A stretch of 64,000 nucleotides of DNA from Antedon mediterranea (taxonomy: Eukaryota; Animalia; Echinodermata), in assembly GCF_964355755.1 (NCBI RefSeq), contig NC_092672.1, positions 14,818,001 through 14,882,000 on the forward strand, in the 5' to 3' direction. The notes beneath the pieces are model-generated. The model was not told where the DNA came from. It saw only the letters and a program-made list of their open reading frames with translations, and made no database searches. This document shows, one piece after another, positions 12,154 through 23,700 of the stretch. The position numbers and the translations under genes are program-made. The number at the start of each line of letters is the position of its first letter. Position 1 is the first letter of the stretch.

Positions 12154-12961
12154 CCGTATATTTAGGTGTATAAGTCGCACTTTTGACACGCAAATTTGAC
12201 CTCTAAATTAAGGGTGCGTCTTCTACACCGAACATAAATGCCTCACCACACAGATTGTACATAGGCCTAAGGCTAGGCCTAGCCGCTATCGTCACCTCGT
12301 TTGCTAGGCCTGAGTAGGCTAGGCCTAGCTAAAGTAACTAACTGACGTAACGGCAACCTGCTTCTGCCTAGTTTTCAAGGCATTTTAGCATGATGTTATA
12401 CTAAAAATATGATGAAAGATTTGTTCATTATGGCGATTAAATTTCATTTGTAAACGTTTACGTCGTACGATTGGAATAGTATTTATTTATACAGTAGTTA
12501 TACGCACGATCGCCGTACCCCCAGCGCAAGCCCTTGGCGGCCACATGGTGTACGGTATTCGACTAGTATATTCTCCAGGTGATTATAGCATAGACCTAGC
12601 GTACACACTTCTCGGATACATAGATACTAATCGAATACGATTGTCCGTGAAAACGTCTGCCCTCTCGAAATGATCGAGCGAGGCTAGCCCACATATACGT
12701 GTTACACACATGGTCATGCACTCGATGTTGAGGCTAGGCGCGGCCGAGCCTAGGTAAGAAAAAACCTAAATAAAGGACGCCGTTGCAGATATAACAAAAT
12801 ATATTATTACAATAATATTGATTACAATTTAAAAAAACATTGTTTTGATGAAATATAAGGTGCGTCTTATACACCGACGATATAAAAAATACCGATATTT
12901 TACTCTCAGAATAGGGGGTGCGTCTTATACACAGGTGCGACTTATACACCGAAATATACGG
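12154..12961. mobile_element. Tc1/mariner (pogo/Tc2-like) MITE
   Basis: TA TSD on both sides. TIRs CCGTATATTT(A/C)GGTGTATAAGTCGCAC. Confidence 0.85.
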
Positions 12962-13277
12962 TACATCATTAGCGCGAGTATACTGTAGTATGGCTCGGAT
13001 GATAGCCTAGATCATTCATCGCCCAGGCCGCAGACCTGGCGAAATGTACGTTCGTTCATGTAAGTACATCGTGATGTTTTTCTACGTGGTTGTTGTGCGG
13101 CATGAATATCAATAAGAGGTTTTTATCTTGAAAAAATATTCTCGGCTAAATCGAACAAATTTATTTAATTCATGCAAGCTAGCTAGGCCTAGGCGTTCTT
13201 CAGGGACAAGGTAACCACAAAGGCAGTTATGTTTAGGTCCAAATGGTAGGCCTACACTTACACTGCCAGTGTCAAAG

Positions 13278-13319
13278 CATGGAGGTATAAACCGGGAGGT
13301 ACGTATAATTACGTCCATG
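13278..13319. mobile_element. 42-bp CATGG...CCATG insert with near-perfect 7-bp TSD (P-like footprint)
   Basis: GTCAAAG|CATGGAGGTATA...TAATTACGTCCATG|GTAAAAG. Confidence 0.5.
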
Positions 13320-15458
13320 GTAAAAGTAATGTTTTGCTTTATTAAAATCATTCACCTGAACAATGATAATATTATTAATAAAAAAAAATGTAAAAAATTA
13401 CACATATAAACCATCATTAAAATGAGTCTTATAAAGGTCAATATAGCAAATTTTTTCAGGGGCCTTCGGCCGCTGAACCCCGACCGGGGGCCCTTGGCGG
13501 CCCCCTGGCCCCCAGCCTAAGTTCCTCGCTTCGCTCGCAAGCTTAGTAAAAACCACCCTCACAATTTTTTTTTCCACCCTCAACAATTCTTAGCTACAAC
13601 CCTGGGTATTTTGTATGGAGCGCCTCTAGATAAGCTTTTTATCATATTAGTTACGTTTGATATCGGTCGCGTTTTATTTTGGTCACACTAATTTGTATAT
13701 GGCGCATTAGATACATTTTTAATGAAAACACTCATTATGTTTTCAGTTAACTTTGAATATTAGAATTTCTAATAATAGGCCTACTATTTGACATTATTTT
13801 TAACCTCGATCGTTATTTTTTAAGTACAGTAAATATAAATATTATCTCATTATTTATAAATAATTTGTGTTTTCATTTTATCTTACAGGTTTTAATGAAG
13901 TGTAATGTGTTCTTTTAGAAAATCGTTTTAAAAATGTTTTGTTTTATTGAATATTGTGCAAGTTTTTGATTGGCATGCCACTGTTTAAAGTTTTGAAAAT
14001 AATAAATAATAATGTAATAGTTAAACAAGTAGACGCGCCTATTGCGTATTTTTTAATCACAGTTAATTACGAAACTCGTTCTATACCAGCTTAGGGGTAG
14101 CTTAGGAGGTTTATGCAATAAAGGAAGATGATGCATGGATGATGATTTTTGCATTCGATATCTGCCACTTTGAAGTGAGCATGGTTTTGGGATAATAATA
14201 AAACATACAGATACTATGCCGTTATAAATCAATCTACTGGCCCTACAGTAGGACTATGATGTACAATTAATGATAGATGTGAGAATACTGTATGGATAAT
14301 AAGGTGGAAACGATTCTCAAAGAGGTAATCTGTACTGATATTTAAACATTTAGATTTACGAACGGCGTATGAATGTGAGACACTAAGTTGCACTTACTTA
14401 ATTATTTACATTAAATGATTATTATAAATGAAGAAATAAAAGATTTTTCAAATTAAAATCTATAGTATCGCCGACGTATATACGTAAATTATATATAAAT
14501 CCTACTGTCAAATTATAGAAACAGTGCTCATATTTGGAACATGATCTCATAATCGCGTCGAGCATAGCTCATTGGATCGTTTCACAAAAACACATGCAAG
14601 AGGCCTCCTAGACGTTTCAAACGTATGGTTATTAGTAATAGACGTCATCTTTACCTGGCCATGGACAACGATCGTACGTGTTTTTTCCATGATTTGACAC
14701 ACTAACAAGTGCGTTTTTTTTTTAAAAGGGGAAACCCCGTCAGCAAAATAACGTATTGTTTCGGGAAACAGCTGCACGATCATAGAAGGCGCATCTCCAA
14801 TATGGCTTATTCGGGGGTTTATTTCAGTAACTCGCATATAATGATCATTTTACTAAAAACTATTTTAAACATTAGAAATAAAATATACACGCGATGTGCC
14901 TCAACAATAATCATTATAAACTTAATATTAATTATCCTACATTACGGATATAAACAAAATAGAAATAAAAATAAGGTGATCGAATAGTACAGTTATGTTG
15001 TTAACGACACGGATATGATATAATCTGCCACAGTATGCATAAGTATAAAAATGGATACGCTGGCTTTACGGGCTATATTGTAAAAATTATTGTTTGTAAA
15101 AATTATTGTTTTAAAATAAATTGTTCTCTTTTACGTAATTGTTTGCATAATAAAAGACACAGACGTATATTCTCTATATAATATATTAAGTAATACAGTA
15201 CATATAAATAGAGGTAAATTATTATATGCCAAATATAATATTATGCCTAATATAATATTTAAACGTGTTTAGAAATGGCCATTTTGAAAAGACAGTCCTT
15301 CTCCGAGACCTGTGAAATACAAAAAAAAAAAAATTAGTTTAATGATTGATAATAAATATTTATTAACCAAATAAAAAATATCCACATAAATAATCTAGTT
15401 CCTAAAAAATATCAATTAAATCTATATAAACGAAAAATGTATATCCTGCTCTAGGTCG

Positions 15459-15799
15459 TTTACATACTATCAAATCTTTATACAGTATTGCATAAAATAA
15501 TTTACGTACGGTATTGCCGAGTCTTAATATCTCATTTACATACTATCAAATCTTTATACAGTATTGCATTAAATAATTTACGTACGGTATTGCCAAATCT
15601 TAATATCTCATTTACATACTATCGAATCTTTATGCAGTATTGCATTAATAATTTACGTACGGTATTGCCGAATCTTAATATCTCATTTACATACTATCGA
15701 ATCTTTTTACAAACAGTATTGCATTAATAATTTACGTATGGTATTGCCGAATCTTTATATCTCATTTACATACTATCGAATCTTTCTACAGTATTGCAT
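15459..15799. repeat. ~76-bp tandem repeat, ~4.5 copies
   Basis: Unit TTTACATACTATC(A/G)AATCTTTATACAGTATTGCAT...CGGTATTGCCGAATCTTAATATCTCA. It explains repetitive ORF 15488-15727. Confidence 0.9.
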
Positions 15800-16355
15800 C
15801 TAAGATTACAAAACATTGAACTAGCGGCCGCTTTGGTTTGCGGCCGCTTCGACTGTAATTCCACGTCGTCACTATTACACTATCATAACAGGCACTTTTG
15901 GCGCTCCATACAATATCGCGTTCTGTAACCGGCGGCCGAGGTTGGTCAGCGGCCGAGATGGACCTAAGCCCTTTGGCTAACCTGTACCCAAACCAACCCA
16001 TACCCATGCCAACTCGTACCTAAATATTTGGCTTACTCGTACCCAAGTATTTGGCTTACTCGTACCCATGTATTTGGCTTACTCGTAGCCATTATTTGGG
16101 TTACCCGTACCCATTTTTGGCTTACTCGTACCCATTATTTGGCCTACTCGTACCCAAGTTGAATAATTACTTGTTGTAATGATTTGATCGGCGCAAAACT
16201 AGTGGTATGCTTTTGCCGTATGAATATTTTTATATTTAAATAGTTTTTTTATTTTACAGGTCTCGGTGAAATGTGTGCTAATAAAAATGACCATTGATTT
16301 GATTGTAAACTTTGTTTAATTGGGCATATATTTGTTAACATTTATTTAAATGTAG

Positions 16356-17154
16356 TATGGCCACCCGAATATAAAATTTAGGATTTTTGTATCTTTCGTC
16401 ATAGCTCATCACATTTAATAGAGCGCATCTCCACTTATCCGTTTTCCATTTTCACCCCGATTTTGATATTTTTTAAGTCAATGAACTATCTTTCGCATTA
16501 GTTAAAAATATTTAAATTTTTTTAATGTCATCATGTCTAAAAATGTAAATAACGTGGGTCACTTATTTTCATCTTTACAGTAAATTTCAATCTGTTATAG
16601 CTCGTCAGAATAAATCGTGATAATCATGATTAAAACATTTTCTGGAAGCTATTGGATTGTAGATACGAATTCATGTAAACATTTTGCCAATCGGATGTTG
16701 TGACGTCGTCATATGGCCAGTTGAATAAAAAAAGTTGTATTTTCATATTTTGCGTAATAGTTCATCACATTTAAAAGGGCGCGCATCTATATTTTACGTA
16801 TTCAAATTTCTTCTACACGTTAATATGTGGTTGCTGAGATAATTTCATTCCGAAATTCCTATCTTAGTCTTTCATTTTGATACCGTTGCCATGTTAGAAA
16901 TAGGAATAAACTGGGGGGTCCCGTAATTTCACCTATTCTACACTGTATGTAACATGTATACAGATTATACCATTTGCGCTGTATATACTATATGACACAA
17001 AATTGACAGAATTCAGCACTAACAGCATATGATATTCTTCAGTTCAGGTCATAATGCCATAATCTTTTCCCGTGTGCAAAATTCCAACGTATGACGTGCG
17101 CGTGGCGTTTGTAGTGGATAACTAACTCGTCAAAGTGACGAGTTCAAATCTAGT
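16356..17154 (+). mobile_element. HINE family 1, 5'-truncated copy
   Basis: Diverged reverse complement of 5684-6475. Ends GGATAACTAACTCGTCAAAGTGACGAGTTCAAATCTAGT. Confidence 0.8.
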
Positions 17155-18764
17155 TATTATTTCTATTGTATTGGTATATTTAAAATTGGTTGAGTAAACA
17201 ACGCCCTGTTTTAAGCAAAAAGCCTGCAGGGCTATTGGGTGGAATTTCTCGTAGATTTTGTGTTACGTGTTTTTGCTGACCGGGATTAACCTTTCATTAT
17301 AAAAAACACGCATTTATAGGGCGTCAAAGTGTCGACTCTGTAATGACGTATGATCGTTTTCCATATATTTTTGTATTAATAATTCAGTGAAATGATCATA
17401 TACAGTACGTACTATAAGGCAATTAAACATTTTGGCAAATTTTCTTCTATAACAGCTATGTGTTTTTGCTGACTGGGGATTCCTCTTTTATATAAAAAAA
17501 ACGCATTTGTACGAGTCCATTTGTAGTGTCTCAAAAAATAGACAACGCAATGTGGCGTATGATCTTAAATTCTTCAATAAAATTATCTGTTTGTTTACGG
17601 TAATTAAACATTTTTGGTAGATGTTTCCTCAATAACTTACAGCTACGTGTTTTTGCTGACGAGGTATTCCCTTTAAAAAAAAAATACATTCTATAATGTG
17701 TCAAATAAGACAAATAAATGAACTACGATCGTTTTTCCATGGCAACGGATTTCGTCTTATTTACTAAAATAATATAAACGTTCTGAAAGCATACCTACAT
17801 GTGTCTGAGTTCTTGCGTATCTGTCCGCGATAAGCTGATTTTTTTAAAGTTTTTGTAGTATTTATTTCGGTTTTTAGTCATAATAATACAGTAATAATCA
17901 TTATAAAATGAAAACGTAATAACAGCAAATGTTGTCGTTTGTAATTAAATGTTAAATTATTGGAGGTTACCTTTTATTATTATTCTCATATCCGTCATTG
18001 TATACAAGGGGATTTGTTTTATAAACAGCAATAATCTACTTAGATTCAGTATTCTAAAATGCTCACTTAGCAGCAATGAGGCTGGTATCCACTTAAATAG
18101 TTTCATGATTTTAAAATACAAGTGACTACTTAAAAATGTATTAAATATTTTCGAAATGTTAAAACAGTTTAATATTTTCCAAAACTTGCAAAACAAAACA
18201 ACAACAACCATTTTTAAAACCATTTTAAAAAAGCACATTACTTCATTATCTGTTAAATAAAATGAAAATACAAATTATGTATAAAAGATATTCATGTTTA
18301 CTTTTAATAATTCAAGTTTTCATCATCACAGACTAGTGGGTATTTCAGTGTACTACTATTCGTAGTAAATAATAGATTAAAAACTATTCATAAATGAAAA
18401 AAAAATAGAATGCAGCACAGCCGACAACTGACATCTTCCATGTAAAACAGCGCCCTCAAGTATTAACTTGACCAAATACGACGTACCCAAATACGATGAA
18501 AGTTGTGCTTTTTTCATACGAGTGTGTACATATTATTATACTTTTTAGGTCAATAGTTTTTGCCATTATAATATCAAACATATGATTGTTATCTAAAAGT
18601 GTAATAAAACTGGGTTTAAATGTAATATAAATATACTTTAAATAGCATTAAACTTGGGTAGGAGCCAGCCAATGATGGGTACGGGTCAGCCAATGATGGG
18701 TACGGGGCAGCCAAAATTTTGGGTACGAGTAAGCCAAAATTTGGGTACGGGTTGACCTGTATTC

Positions 18765-19010
18765 GGCTAGCCTAGTAGGCTCTAGGCATAGCCATAGGTA
18801 GGCGAGGCCTAGTAAAGGCTAGGCCTATTATCTAGCTAGTAGGGCCTAGGCTAGACTAAACCTAACCTACTGTACTAGCTAGGCCTAGTAGACGCTAGTT
18901 TCCTTTCGCAACTGTCTTTTATTTATTTTGATTGACTCCAAATTTGTTAAAGTAGGCCTACTACTAGGCTAGGGCTTAGGCTTAACTTATCATAAATACC
19001 TAGCCTACCC
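18765..19010. repeat. TAGGCCTA/CTAG-rich tract in putative TRAIP intron 1 (right half)
   Basis: Begins immediately at the right end of element A. Confidence 0.8.
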
Positions 19011-20695
19011 TACCACACCTTAGAATTATCGCAGTGGGTAAAGATATGGTACCGTATCCTAACTTTTGTTTGCTAAATGTACGGTTATGTCATAATCAGC
19101 CAATGGGGTGGTGGTACGTGTGTGATGTCATTGTATTAGGACTTAGGATTTGTTTTATCGCGAAAACAGTGATCAACCGCTTAACATTTTCTTTATGCTT
19201 TATTTATCGCTATCACCGTCGCATGTGACAAAAACTAAATGTAGCCTACGTCTGTTGTTATTGAAAAGCCAAAACATGTTGATTTTAATTCTAGAATACA
19301 GAAAACCGTTTCAAAAGAGGCCTACTACGTACTACATTATAACCTATAGCCTCATTATATGAGTTTGTTTGTGTAGGTAGGGAAAGCGGTGCCAGAATGT
19401 GAGCGCTGATTTCTGTGACTCAGCCCTGGGGCTACTGCGTGCCTAAATCATAGTATTTGAGGGCCCCTTTATTATCCGCATTTGCTTGTTTATGGTCACC
19501 ATCTGTAAACCAAGTTTAATAAAAAAAAAATATAGGCCTAAATAGGCCATTTGGAATAAAAATAAAACCCTCATAATAGTAACTATGGACAAATGAACTA
19601 GACGCAACACAATTTCCAACATTGAATTATATTTACAGTACTTCTAATTTGGCTATCAACATATCAGATTATAATACTACTACTGTATGTTGTATAATGA
19701 AATAATATTTGAGATTGAGTGCATGATTTAAACGCTTTATTTATGTCCACTAACTACAGCATTAACGTTGTCACCCGTTGTTAAACTTCTGGATTCACAG
19801 AATGAGCGCAGTGATGCTCTGATTTAGGGTCGCTTGATATCCTTAGCACATTATTAGTGGTAACATGTTTTACAGAATTTTTTGACAAAATATATTGAAA
19901 TTAAATGTGTATTTCAATAGATGAATTCAAGATAGTTGCATTCCACCGAGTCTTTAACCCTCTATTATAGTTGCTCTTTTGGCACTCCATAGAAACTAAA
20001 ATATTGAAATTTGAGTATGGGAAATTCGCGAACAGTATGCGTGAAACACGTCTGTAAAATCTTTTTCTGTGATTCTCCTTAATAAAAGTTCTTACAGAGG
20101 CACCACTACATCCAGACCATGTATACCATGATCAGAAAATGATTTGTTGAATGTAAATTTATTTTCAACGGGTGTTCACACAAAACGATGAATTCTAATC
20201 AGATTGGACATTATGTTTTGTGTTAAATTGGGAACAATTTTGTTTTAAGTAGTACCACTGCTAGGTAAAATATAGTTTTATGTCTGAGTAAATGTGTTAA
20301 TTGTTTGCCATGTTTATTTTAAAAGAGTTATTACTATATTTGTAAGTAAATCATGATACAAATTACTTTTTAAAAGTTCTATTAAATAAATAATTTATAA
20401 TCCAAGAAATCTAATAGATTAGTAAACACTGCCCTAAACAAGGTTTTATGAAAACATTTTTATGCCCTTAAATTAATATAAGGATCTGCTACTTTAATTT
20501 ACAGTAGGTACATTTCAAATAAATTAAAGACAAAATGAATACTATGTTGTGTCAATTATAGCCGGCTAACCCAGAGCATTCATATTCTGCTTTTATCAAT
20601 CCGCCCCAGCTGTTGACTTTGATTGTTTTTGTGTTACTGTATATACTGTACATCATTTTATTACAATTCTGGATTTTTTTTTTAGACCTCTGTGT

Positions 20696-20793
20696 ATGAT
20701 GATAAAGGCAACTTGTGTTATTTGTCAGGAATTTTTTCAAACAGATCAGTGCATTTATTCAACAACCTGTGGACATGTCTTTCATGAAGTTTG
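20696..20793 (+). CDS. TRAIP: TRAIP coding exon 1 (RING, N-half)
   Basis: Acceptor at 20685; MMIKATCVICQEFFQTDQCIYSTTCGHVFHEV(C); donor GTAAGA. Confidence 0.9.
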
Positions 20794-23700
20794 GTAAGAT
20801 ACTGTAAAAAGGGTCACATTAATCACATTAATGATTTGACTGTTAAAATGCTGACCTTAAATGAAATGGTTTACACAACTTTAAAAAAATGCATTTTAAT
20901 ACCAATTTGAATTAGAATGTTTCTTTTAAAGACTTAATTAATTATTTTATATTTCACCAGCTTGTTGAAATGGATTCAAACATCACCAACTTGTCCTCAT
21001 TGTCGTCAAACAGCTAGACTTAAAAACATTGTCCGCCTTTTCTTTGAAACTGATAATGATGATGATGATGATACTTTGGACCCAACAAAATTAAAGGTAA
21101 TAAAATTTACCATTTTGGTATAAAAATCTGTAAGAATGATATTTCTATGGATACAAAATTGAGTGTAATGACTTTTTTCCAATGTATATTAACTGCATTT
21201 TTTGATTTAGGATGAATTGGACCACGTCAATGCAGAACTAGCTAATTTCAACAAATTGAAATCTGATTTAGAAACAGATAAAAAGAATTTGAATGCAAAA
21301 GTTAAGAAACTAAGCTCTGATATAAAATCTATAACCAAAGAGCTTCAAGTGGAACAAACTACAAACCAAGCATTAAGAGTAAGTACACACTTACTTACGG
21401 CCATACTGCGTTGAAACACCGGTTCTCGTCAGATCACCGAAGTTAAGCAACGTTGGGCCCGGTTGCGTTCTGGATGGGAGACCATCTAGAAATCGTGACG
21501 GGTGCTGTATATACTGGAGAGTGATGGTGTAATGGTAATATCGGACTAGCATGTGATAGGCATGGGTTCGAGGTTATCTGTACCATACTAATTGCATCCT
21601 TAGGCAAGATGCTTTACTCTCATTGCCTAATCTGGTAGGCGCTGCACTGCTGGCTGCCGTGGGTCCGTGGAGGGCCTAATCCGAATTTCCTCACTGAGGA
21701 CAAATATTAATACAAAATACAAAAAATACTTATCCCGGTGTAAAGATCCCATCATATTTGCTTACGATATCAATTCTGATTCAACTACTTGGTGTATACT
21801 ATAAATCAACAGTAAATTAACATTCCACTCTCATCTAGATTATGTTTGTAGTAAGGCAATCAAACTCCTTGGTTTTGTTTCAAGATGTAGAAAGCAATGG
21901 TTTGGATGGCAATGCTAAATCTTTACAAGGCACTGATATGGCCTCTGTCCCTCATCTGTTAATAGTTGGGTTCATATCGAACTTAGGGCGAGATAAGTAC
22001 TGATCTAGTTAAATTTTACGAGAGCGGTAATTCGATTAAATTCATTAAATTGCGTTCGACGGCTCATGTTAGGGCGAGATAACTTAAGCATCACATGCTC
22101 GCGACCCCGCCGACACAAACAGGAAGTACAGTTGAACAGGTTAGGGCACTTTATTGTGGGCTATTCCTTGTGTGTATACGCACCCATTCTACCACCTTCT
22201 TCTTTTTCGAGTACTGCTTAACGATCCGTCGACACAATGCTTCCTCAGTTATTATTATTATTATCGGGGTTTTTTACCTATATTTTTACAAATGATTAAT
22301 GACGACACTGAACTAGATGAAGGTACTGCTTTGCTGCTGTTTGCGTTAGTTGTTGAGTTCGTTTCTCGCTGCATGGAATCCCAGCGAATGATGCGATAAC
22401 GACGACGGCTCAGATACCTACGATATGCCGAGGAACAGCGCGAACTTGGGGAGATCATGCAATGTTTCTTTTACATACAAGCCTAGATGTAACATTTTTT
22501 GTCTTCGCTTTTACTTTTTCGGACATGATGAATGCGGTACAGATGTATTGAAATAAGTTTTAAAATAGTAATATGACAGATCGTCGCTCTCGGTTAACAT
22601 GTGGTTCAGAAATAAAGCTAATTTGTTGATGTTTATGTGTCAAAGTTGAAATTTGCTTTAATCTGATTGGTGTATTGGTGACCTCCAATTCTGAATGCCT
22701 CATGCTGTGTTAATTACCTTAATCGTTTTCTAGCTTTACCAGTGGATTTACTATTCCGTCGAGGCGATGGCCTTGACTGATCGTAGTCGAGGAAATTCCT
22801 CCATCTCGCCCTAATAATACGTTCACATCGAAGTTATGGCGACATCAACTCGTTAATCTAGTAAATTTATCTCGCCCTAAGTTCGATATGAACGGGCGTA
22901 CATTGGAAAGTCGTTGATATGTCCTCCAATGTTTAACCATAGTCAATCAAGCGCTTGCAGTATTTGATTGACAGCAATGTAGTGTAAATGGGCGTAACTC
23001 AAGTTAATTTTTGCAGTTTTTCAGTCTGTGTTAAATGGCCTTTGAGTTCAATTCATCCTCCTCTCCCAATTGATAATGTAAAAAATGGGTATAATAAAGC
23101 ATTGTTATATTATCATTGAAGTAAAATACTACACATTTATAACAATTGGGCTGATTTTAAGTTGTAATATTGATGTCCAGAAATTTACATTTGTTTCAGA
23201 AACAACTAAAATATTTAAGTATCCAAGGAGATGAAGCTAAAGAAGCAAAGAAAACTGCAACAGTTCTTAAGGAAAAGTTAACACATTTTGAAAGGTATTG
23301 TACTGTCTTTTTTCCTCCTTTTCATGCTGTTACTAGATATATTCAACAGCGGCAATTACAGGATAGATAAACTATTTTGCATTTTGTTCTTAACTAAGTC
23401 TCATTTGAGACTTAGAGAGTGAAATACTGTGAGTACTTAAAAAATTATTGTGTATGAAATGCATAAGAGAGGAATGTATCAAATCATTTCATAGAAGTAG
23501 TTACATAATTCTTGAACAGGATGTGAGTGAACATGCAATATTGGAAATCTAAAATGGAACCTTAAATTAATAACCGTGTGAAAAAAGTAAATTGGCAGCA
23601 ACAACAGGACAAATTTTTGATAACTTTTGATCAAAATGAGAATCTTTCCCAGCGGTACGTCAAAGATGCCCGATATGGTGCAAATTTGTGGTCTATACAT

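Larger units (their letters stand above)
11617..13604. mobile_element. CAGGG-ended hAT-like element with 6-bp TSD
   Basis: TSD GGTATT (11611-11616, 13605-13610). Termini CAGGGATGTA / CAGGGTTGTA. CCGCCC subterminal repeats. Confidence 0.65.
11246..15970. mobile_element. GG-ended TIR element with 8-bp TSD (MULE/Merlin-like), non-autonomous
   Basis: TSD CTTTGGCT (11238-11245, 15971-15978). Imperfect ~45-bp TIRs GG(G/C)TTAG(A/G)TCCATCTCGGC...CTCGGCCGCCGG. Confidence 0.75.
10356..18764. mobile_element. MULE-like TIR element hosting nested insertions (outer element A)
   Basis: GGTCAACCCGTACC terminal inverted motifs at ~10384 and ~18743-18756. Tandem ACTCGTACCCA subterminal repeats at 11165-11237, 15980-16156 and inverted at 18655-18750. 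The exact left end and TSD are unclear (GGCTAGCC on both flanks). Confidence 0.6.

Noticed and set aside
20110-20140. CATGTATACCATG as another P-like footprint
   Set aside because: The flanks (ATCCAGAC / ATCAGAA) give only an imperfect TSD.
21393-21511. Functional 5S rRNA gene
   Set aside because: Diverged 3' third, no oligo-T terminator, and fused to a tRNA-like SINE body.
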